From positions 64,001 through 128,000 of the forward strand of contig CBDATQ010000003.1 of NCBI GenBank assembly GCA_965199955.1: 64,000 nt of DNA, read 5' to 3'. A program made the translations under genes and the position numbers. The notes under the pieces were generated by a model. It had not been told where the DNA came from, did no database searches, and saw only the letters and a program-made list of their open reading frames with translations. This DNA is from Spirochaetia bacterium. GTDB taxonomy: Bacteria > Spirochaetota > Spirochaetia > SZUA-6 > Bin103. This document shows, piece by piece, positions 57,698 through 64,000 of this stretch; the stretch's first letter is position 1, and every line of letters begins with the position of its first letter.

Positions 57698-58651
57698 TCA
57701 CCAGAGCGACGTGTCCGTAAAGCGGCGCGCCAGCCGGTTGAAGACCACCAGGAATACCAGGTTGATGACGTTTGCGAACAGCCCTACGGCGGAGCCGAAG
57801 CCGTACTTGCTGTCGATGATGCCGCGGCGGTAAACGTAGGTGGCGATCACGTCGGCCACCTCATAGGTGGCCGGCGTGTACATGAGCAGGACCTTCTCCC
57901 AGTCGACCGCCAGCGCTCGTCCCAGGTTCAGAATCAGCAGGATGATGATGGTCGGCGCCATCCCCGGGATGGTGACGAAGCGGATCCGCTGGATGCGCGA
58001 GGCGCCGTCAACCTCGGCGGCGTCGTAGAGCTCCTGGCTGACGCCGGCGATCGCGGCCAGGTAGATGATCGAGCTGAAGCCGAAGTGCTGCCAGATGCCG
58101 GAGCCGATGTAGAGCGGCCGGAACCAGCTCTGCAGGCCCAGGAAGTTGATCGGCTCGCCGCCCAGCGACTTGATGACGATGTTGATGATGCCGTTGTTCG
58201 GCGACAGGAAGGTGACCAGCATGCCGACGATGATCACCAGCGATATGAAGTGCGGGAGGTAGCTCACGGTCTGCACCACCCGCTTGAGCGGCAGCACCTT
58301 CATCTCGTTGAGCATCAGCGCGAAGATGATCGGCACGGGAAAGCCGAAGACGATGCTGTAGAAGCTGAGCAGCAGCGTGTTGCGCATCAGCCGCCAGAAG
58401 TAGAACGACTCGAAGAACTGGATGAACCACTTGAAGCCGACCCAGTCGCTGCCGAACACGCCGCGGCCCATCTTGTAGTCCTGAAAGGCCAGGACGATGC
58501 CGGCCATCGGCACGTAGTGGAAGATGACGAGGTAGACGACCGGCAACGCCATCATGGCGTACCAAGCTCGTTCGAGCTTGATCCGCCTCCACAACGCAAC
58601 CAAGGGAGCCCGTCTGGTCAGGGTGGAAGCCGTGGACACGGCGTTCCGCAT
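57698..58651 (-). CDS. Carbohydrate ABC permease (LplB-like)
   Basis: WVGFKWF, QTVSYLPHFIS, ELYDAAEVDGASR, TYVYRRG. Confidence 0.92.
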   Translation of the reverse strand: MRNAVSTASTLTRRAPLVALWRRIKLERAWYAMMALPVVYLVIFHYVPMAGIVLAFQDYKMGRGVFGSDWVGFKWFIQFFESFYFWRLMRNTLLLSFYSIVFGFPVPIIFALMLNEMKVLPLKRVVQTVSYLPHFISLVIIVGMLVTFLSPNNGIINIVIKSLGGEPINFLGLQSWFRPLYIGSGIWQHFGFSSIIYLAAIAGVSQELYDAAEVDGASRIQRIRFVTIPGMAPTIIILLILNLGRALAVDWEKVLLMYTPATYEVADVIATYVYRRGIIDSKYGFGSAVGLFANVINLVFLVVFNRLARRFTDTSLW

Positions 58652-58740
58652 GAGAAGCCTACTGTGGCCCCCTCAAGGAGCGCTGTCAACGCACGCACCC
58701 GGCCCCGGTGCTGCCGAGCGTGCGTTAACTGCCTTGCCGG

Positions 58741-59166
58741 TCAAGCGTTATCGGTCGTGCTGGTCCTGATCAGGAGGCGGTTCCTGCCGTCCTCGTAGCG
58801 GTAGCTGACCTCGTCCATCATCTCGCGGACCAGGTGGACGCCCAAGCCGCCGACCGGGCGGTCGTCGAGCGCCGCGTCCGTATCGGGGACCGGAGCGTCC
58901 TGAAGCGGATCGAAGAGCGGGCCGTCGTCGGAAATCTCGATGGTGACGGTGTCCGCGTCGCACGCCACGATGACCTCCAGTTCGCTCGCCCCGGCCTCGC
59001 GGCCGTGGGTCATCACGTTGAGGGTCATCTCCTCGAGCACGAGGTTCATGCGGAACAGGAAGTCCGGCGGCCACCGCTCGCGCTCTCCCAGTTCCTCGAT
59101 GGCATCCGCGATGTCCGAAAGCCGTTCAGGGTCGGCTTCCAGCTTCAGATGCAGGTCGGCGCTCAC
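58741..59166 (-). CDS. Anti-sigma factor / Ser kinase (RsbW-like HATPase)
   Basis: LVLEEMTLNVMTHG, ISDDGPLFDP, GGLGVHLV...MDEVSY...NRL. Confidence 0.92.
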   Translation of the reverse strand: MSADLHLKLEADPERLSDIADAIEELGERERWPPDFLFRMNLVLEEMTLNVMTHGREAGASELEVIVACDADTVTIEISDDGPLFDPLQDAPVPDTDAALDDRPVGGLGVHLVREMMDEVSYRYEDGRNRLLIRTSTTDNA

Positions 59167-59280
59167 GCCCGGAGCCTCCCCCGTTCGCGCCGCCTCCGGC
59201 GCGAGCGCCTCATGCGCGGCTCTCGCCGCCGCGCGGAGGTTCCGTGCGGCCGGTGGTCGCCCCCACGGAACCCATCGATG

Positions 59281-59619
59281 TCAGGCGCTCACCGCCTGGG
59301 TGGCTTCCTCCCTGGAGGCGTGCACCTGGATGATGCGGTCGAAACCGCTGATCTCGAACACTTCCTTGATCGACGGCGAGAGCGCACAGATGGCGAACTT
59401 CGCCTGCTGCCGCTGCAGCTTCCGGGCGAGCAGCAGCGTCGCCCGCAGGCCGGAACTGCTGATGTAGGTAAGCTTGTCCATGTCCAGGACCACCGCGGAA
59501 TCGTCGTCGCCGACCACTTCCTCGAACCGGTCCTGGAATTCCTGGGAATTGCTGCCGTCGATGCGACCGTCGACGGCGACGATCAACGCGCTGCCGTCGC
59601 GCTCACTGCTGATTTGCAC
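59281..59619 (-). CDS. STAS-domain anti-anti-sigma factor (RsbV-like)
   Basis: GRID, VLDMDKLTYISSSGLR, VFEISGF. Confidence 0.93.
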   Translation of the reverse strand: MQISSERDGSALIVAVDGRIDGSNSQEFQDRFEEVVGDDDSAVVLDMDKLTYISSSGLRATLLLARKLQRQQAKFAICALSPSIKEVFEISGFDRIIQVHASREEATQAVSA

Positions 59620-59717
59620 TCATCCTTCTCCCGTCATGCGGCGCCCGCCGCGCCGCGTCGTGGACTTCGATGGTAGCCGAACTCCATCACTCGGGTCGAC
59701 CGGAGGTTCATGCATCG

Positions 59718-62234
59718 TCATGCGTCGACCCGTTTGCGCAGCGTGAGCCGATTGCGCTCGCCCACGCGCATGTAGGACACCTCGTCCACCAGCGAGCGGC
59801 GCATCAGCCCCGCTCCCAGGCTTGCCGGCTCCTCCGCTTCGCCCGGTCCGCTCCCGTCCGCCAACGCGGGCTCCTCCAGCGGATCGTAGACGCCTCCGTC
59901 ATCCTCCACCGTGACCTCCGCCACGCCGCCGTCGAACGTGGCGGACACCGCGATCTCGTATTCGCTGACCGCCGACAGCCGCTCGTCGATCGCATCGATC
60001 ACGACCGCCTCCAGCGCCTGCCGGAGGTGCCCTGCGCCGGTCTGGCCGATGCCGGCGCTCTCGGCGAACGCCCGCATCTCCTCGCCGATGCGGGACAGGT
60101 CCGCGCGGTTGTTGCGCAGCGAGAAGCGCCGGACCGCGATCTCGTCCTCGACCGTCTCGCGGCCGAGGACGACCATGGTGACGTCGTCGAACTGAGCCGC
60201 CTCGCCGGCGAACTCCTCGATCGATCGCAGCATCATCTCCAGCGTGTCGCCGGTGCCGCGGCCGGCGCTGTCCCGGAGGCTCTCCTCCATGCGCTCGTAG
60301 CCGTACTCCTCCTCGGTCACGTCGGCCGATTCGGGGATGCCGTCGGTATAGACGAACAGCTTGCCGCCGGGCGGCACGCTGACCGCCGCTTCGTCATAGG
60401 TGAGCCCGTCGAACATGGCCAGGGCGACGCCCCCGGTCAGCGGGATCCGTTCCACCCCTCCGTCGGTCACCAGCGCCGGCGAGTTGTGGCCGCCGTTGGC
60501 GTACACGAAGCTGCCGTCGCGAACGTCGAACACGCCGTAGAAGACCGTCACGAACATGTCCCCGGCGGTGGCCTCGACCAGGGTGTCGTTGACCATCCGC
60601 AGGCACTCGCCGGGACCGTGCTCCACCTGCCGGGCGGTAGCGCGTATGACCGTGCGCGTGACCGCCATGAACATCGACGCCGGCACGCCCTTGCCGGCGA
60701 CGTCGCCGACGACGACGCCGATGCGGTTCTCGTCCAGCCGGAAGAAGTCGTAGAAGTCGCCGCCGACTTCCTTGGCGGGATGCATGGCGGCCTGGATCTT
60801 GACACCCGGCGCCTCGAAGCGCTCGCCGGGCAGGAACGAGCGCTGCACCCGGCTGGCGATCTGCAGATCGCGTTGCAGGGCCATGTACGCGGTCCTGGTG
60901 CGCAGCGCCTCCTGCAACTGGGCCACCAGCGTCGTCAGCCGTTCCTGCTGGCGGCCGACCCGGCTGGTCATCTTCTGGAAGGCCAGTCCGATCATCTGCA
61001 GCTCGTTGCCGCTGTCGTTGTCGCCGGCCGCGTCCACCTCCACCGTGGCCGCCGGCGCCTGCACCTCGGCAAGGTCGTTGAGGATGTCCCGCCGCTCCTC
61101 CTCGTTCAGGGTGTCGGCAAGGCGAGTCATCTCGCCCTGAATGAACCGCTCCTGCTGGCGCCGGCGCAGCAGCGCCCGGCGGCGGTGCCGGCGCAATGTC
61201 AGCGTCTGCGTACGGAACGCGTTCACGGCGCGGGCGATGCGCGCCACCTCGTCGTCCGACTCCTCCTCGCTGACCGCAACGGTCGCCTGCGTGTCGCCGC
61301 GGGACAGCGCGTCCAGCACGACGACGCCCTCGGTCAGACGGGACAGCGCGCCGCGCAGGTAGAGGGTGAGCCCGACCAGCGAGGCGAGCACGAATCCCGC
61401 TCCCGCCAGGGCGGTGATCAGGCTGACCCGCCGCTGATCGGCGTAGACGGCGCTGACGTCCTGCACCGTGACCACGCGCGCAACCAGGTTGCCCAGCTCG
61501 GCTTCCAGCGGAAACGCGGCGTGCGAGAATACCTGGTCGCCGCTTCGGACCGGCTCGGATGTGCTTCCCGGCAGCCATCCCGTCTCGCGGATGAGCTCCC
61601 AGATCTCCGGATCGGTCCCCACCAGCAGGCGCCCCCGCCGGTTCACGATCAGGGCCTCCGCGCCAGTGTCCTCCTTGAGCTCGGTCAGCGCCTCAATGAT
61701 GTCGGTCGCCAGGATGGCTACCGCGAGTGTCGCGCCCTCCGCGCCGTGCAGGGGCACGCCGACCGACAGCGTCACGTTGCGCTCCGCGTCGATCGCCACG
61801 CCGCCGCCGGTCCATCCCCGCTCGATCATCCGCGCCAGCGCCTCGTCGCTGGCAGCCGCCGCCGGCTCGAACGCCGGCTGCGAGGAATACAGCACTTCCC
61901 TGCCGGGTGAGACCAGGTCCAGGCGAGTCACGCCGCCGGCGCGCCGCAGGGTGCTGAGCGCCGCCTGCGCCGCCCGAGAGATCTCGCCGCGGTCCCCGCC
62001 GGCCAGGGCATCGCGCAGCGCCCGGTTCTCCGCGACGATCGGCGTGCGCTCGCGCATGCGCTGCACGCCGGTCTCCACGATCTTGCTCCAGAGTGCGCGG
62101 CTGCCGGTCATGGCGGTGCGGTCGAGCTGTCCGCGCAGCGCCTGCTCGCGCTGGGTCCCGGCGAGCACCAGGCCGGCCACCATCACCGCCATGAACACGA
62201 CGACGATGATCCCGATACGCGCCTTGAGGCCCAT
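59718..62234 (-). CDS. Membrane sensor PP2C (SpoIIE) phosphatase with HAMP and C-terminal HATPase-like domain
   Basis: Two TM helices flanking a Cache-like region; PAKEVGGDFYD, GDVAGKGVPA, NGGH, YTDGIPE, QFDDVT; C-terminal EDDG..YDPL. Confidence 0.9.
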   Translation of the reverse strand: MGLKARIGIIVVVFMAVMVAGLVLAGTQREQALRGQLDRTAMTGSRALWSKIVETGVQRMRERTPIVAENRALRDALAGGDRGEISRAAQAALSTLRRAGGVTRLDLVSPGREVLYSSQPAFEPAAAASDEALARMIERGWTGGGVAIDAERNVTLSVGVPLHGAEGATLAVAILATDIIEALTELKEDTGAEALIVNRRGRLLVGTDPEIWELIRETGWLPGSTSEPVRSGDQVFSHAAFPLEAELGNLVARVVTVQDVSAVYADQRRVSLITALAGAGFVLASLVGLTLYLRGALSRLTEGVVVLDALSRGDTQATVAVSEEESDDEVARIARAVNAFRTQTLTLRRHRRRALLRRRQQERFIQGEMTRLADTLNEEERRDILNDLAEVQAPAATVEVDAAGDNDSGNELQMIGLAFQKMTSRVGRQQERLTTLVAQLQEALRTRTAYMALQRDLQIASRVQRSFLPGERFEAPGVKIQAAMHPAKEVGGDFYDFFRLDENRIGVVVGDVAGKGVPASMFMAVTRTVIRATARQVEHGPGECLRMVNDTLVEATAGDMFVTVFYGVFDVRDGSFVYANGGHNSPALVTDGGVERIPLTGGVALAMFDGLTYDEAAVSVPPGGKLFVYTDGIPESADVTEEEYGYERMEESLRDSAGRGTGDTLEMMLRSIEEFAGEAAQFDDVTMVVLGRETVEDEIAVRRFSLRNNRADLSRIGEEMRAFAESAGIGQTGAGHLRQALEAVVIDAIDERLSAVSEYEIAVSATFDGGVAEVTVEDDGGVYDPLEEPALADGSGPGEAEEPASLGAGLMRRSLVDEVSYMRVGERNRLTLRKRVDA

Positions 62235-62239
62235 CGGAC

Positions 62240-63265
62240 CTACTCCACCACCTGCGCCACGCGCAGCAGATCCAGCGGAGGATAGATCCCCAACTCCAGC
62301 GCGACCGACATGCGGATCACCAGTGAGAACCGGCCGAGCGAGCGGACCGGGAGGTCCTCCGGCGGCTCGCCATCGACCAGAATCCGCTCGGCCTGGGCGC
62401 CTGCCAGCTTGCCGACCAAGTAGTAGGGGCTGACGAAGCCGAGCATCGCCTGGGAACCCACGAAGCTCGCCTCGGTGCCGGCGAAGACCGGTATGCCGCG
62501 CGCTACCGCCGCCTCCGTGATGCGGACGTCGTTGCGGGTCACGAACGAATCGGGACCCATGTAGAGAAACTCGGCTCCGTCGTCCGCCAGCCCGTTGACG
62601 ACCTCGGTCAGCCGGCCGGGATCCGGCCTGCCGTCGGCGTCGAGCGGTGCCGGCGCCTCCAGCAGCTCGATGCCGCGCTCCGCGGCCTCCTCGCGGAGCT
62701 CCTTGATGTTGATCTCCGAGTTGCGCTCCAGGGAGTTGTAGATCACGCCCAGACGCTCGACGGAGCGGTATTGCAGCAGGGCGTCGAGCTGTTTCTTTAC
62801 CGGCGGCAGAAACGCCGTGCCGGTGACGGAACGGCCGGTCGAGTCGAAGCTCTCTACGATGTTGGCCTCGATCGGGTAGGCGACGATCGAGAATACGCCC
62901 GGTATCCCCTGCACGTGCGCCGTGGGGTCCGCGGCTTCGCGAGGCCCCAGGATGCCGAGCGTGGTCGAGGTGCCGAAGGTATGCACCAGGTCCGGCCGGG
63001 CGGTGCGTATCTCGGCGACGATCACGGGGATCCTGCCCCGGTCCTGCCCGAGGTTGCGCAGCGTGTAGCGCACCGGTATGCCGCGCTCCCGCATGTGGGC
63101 CCGGAAGCCGTGCTCGACGTCGGTCTCGCCGCGCCACACCACCAGGAACACGTGGAACGGGTCTTCCTGGGTCCGGGCGCCGGCCGGTGCCTGCGCAGCC
63201 ACTACGCCGGCCAGTGCGGTGATAGTAGCCGCCGCCAGCCAGCAGGATGCCCTGCGCCCTCTCAC
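62240..63265 (-). CDS. ABC-type substrate-binding protein (type I periplasmic fold)
   Basis: GTGA overlap with the MFS stop, signal peptide, PDLVHTFGT, LGVIYN..ERNS, ILVDGEPPEDLPV. Confidence 0.8.
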   Translation of the reverse strand: MRGRRASCWLAAATITALAGVVAAQAPAGARTQEDPFHVFLVVWRGETDVEHGFRAHMRERGIPVRYTLRNLGQDRGRIPVIVAEIRTARPDLVHTFGTSTTLGILGPREAADPTAHVQGIPGVFSIVAYPIEANIVESFDSTGRSVTGTAFLPPVKKQLDALLQYRSVERLGVIYNSLERNSEINIKELREEAAERGIELLEAPAPLDADGRPDPGRLTEVVNGLADDGAEFLYMGPDSFVTRNDVRITEAAVARGIPVFAGTEASFVGSQAMLGFVSPYYLVGKLAGAQAERILVDGEPPEDLPVRSLGRFSLVIRMSVALELGIYPPLDLLRVAQVVE

Positions 63266-64000
63266 GCCGCCTCCCTCGCCGGCGTGCCGGCACGGCTCAT
63301 CACGACATAAACCGCCGTGCAGATCAGCACCAGGACGCCGACGGCGAGCATCGCCTGCCCATATGCCGTGGCAGCCGCCACCGCCCCTACCACCACCGCT
63401 CCTCCCGCGGTGCCGATCCGCTCCAGGGTCCGGAACATGCCGACGATCCCGCCCGCGCTGATTCCCACCTCGTCGCTGGCTTCCTGCGCGATCTCCTGAA
63501 TCACGGCGAGCTGGGGCACGGTCACGATCGCGAACCCGCTTCCCATCAGTGCCACCGACGCGAGCACCAGCCCGGTCGCGTCCGCCAGCGCAGGCAGCGC
63601 ACACCCCACGCCCAGGACGCAGTTGCCGGCGATCATCAGCAGCCGCGGCCGCCTGAGCCGGTCCGCGGCGCGAGCGACCAGCGGCGTGACGACGACGCAG
63701 GCGATGCCGTACACCATCATCACCCGGCCGATGTTCGACTGCGTGTTGTCGAGGAACTCCAGGTAAAGCGGCACCAGATAGAAGAACAGGCCGCCGAGCA
63801 CGAACTTGCTCGGCAACGCGGTGAATACCGTCACGGCCATGAACTGGCGGTGCCCGAGCAACCGGAGCCAGCCGCGCAGGCCGCCTTTCCCGCGGCTCAC
63901 GCGGCGCACGCCCCCCGGGTCGATGGTCACGAGCGCTGCCGCCGCAGCGACCGCCGCGAGCGCTGCGGCGACCAGCAGGGTGTCCCGGTAGCCCAGGCGG
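63262..64000 (-). CDS. MFS transporter, 3' part (runs off the window edge)
   Basis: Consecutive TM helices, YLVPLYL, IGRVMMVYG, ARAADR, FRTLERIG. Confidence 0.8.
   Translation of the reverse strand, partial: RLGYRDTLLVAAALAAVAAAAALVTIDPGGVRRVSRGKGGLRGWLRLLGHRQFMAVTVFTALPSKFVLGGLFFYLVPLYLEFLDNTQSNIGRVMMVYGIACVVVTPLVARAADRLRRPRLLMIAGNCVLGVGCALPALADATGLVLASVALMGSGFAIVTVPQLAVIQEIAQEASDEVGISAGGIVGMFRTLERIGTAGGAVVVGAVAAATAYGQAMLAVGVLVLICTAVYVVMSRAGTPAREAA

Noticed and set aside
59238..59272. Hairpin GGTTCCGTG/CACGGAACC between the STAS and RsbW-like genes
   Set aside because: A single 9-bp stem without a U-tract; may stabilise mRNA but is too weak to call.
62235..63293. 1191-aa version of the PP2C phosphatase
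   Set aside because: The extension is an alternative frame of the SBP gene; the TM-bearing protein starts at 62234.

Overview
High-GC bacterial chromosomal window of about 55 genes. I found no rRNA, tRNA, CRISPR array, integrase or transposase. It is dominated by transport and catabolism: a heterodimeric ABC exporter, metal, peptide and sugar ABC importers, three Gfo/Idh/MocA oxidoreductases, three beta-propeller glycosidase-like proteins, a sulfatase and PhyH/2OG dioxygenases. Interspersed are toxin-antitoxin (TA) modules (vapBC, hicBA, yefM-yoeB, a HEPN remnant), two AAA-ATPase/PD-(D/E)XK genes and a partner-switching signalling operon. The most unusual intact genes are a 1734-aa DEDD-exonuclease + RecQ + UvrD double-helicase fusion lying between two TA loci, a NUDIX-ThyX fusion, and an amidohydrolase + class-III aminotransferase fusion. 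A second pattern is not visible in the ORF track. At least five loci, probably six, survive only as a short 5' stub joined to a short 3' stub: purN, an enolase-superfamily gene, a MetE-like gene, hicA, an MmeI-like methylase joined to a helicase tail, and a metallohydrolase tail. At hicA the junction is a 10-bp word that reads as the N-terminal part in one frame and the C-terminal part in another, which suggests microhomology-mediated deletion. All family assignments come from motif recognition by eye; no database search was run.
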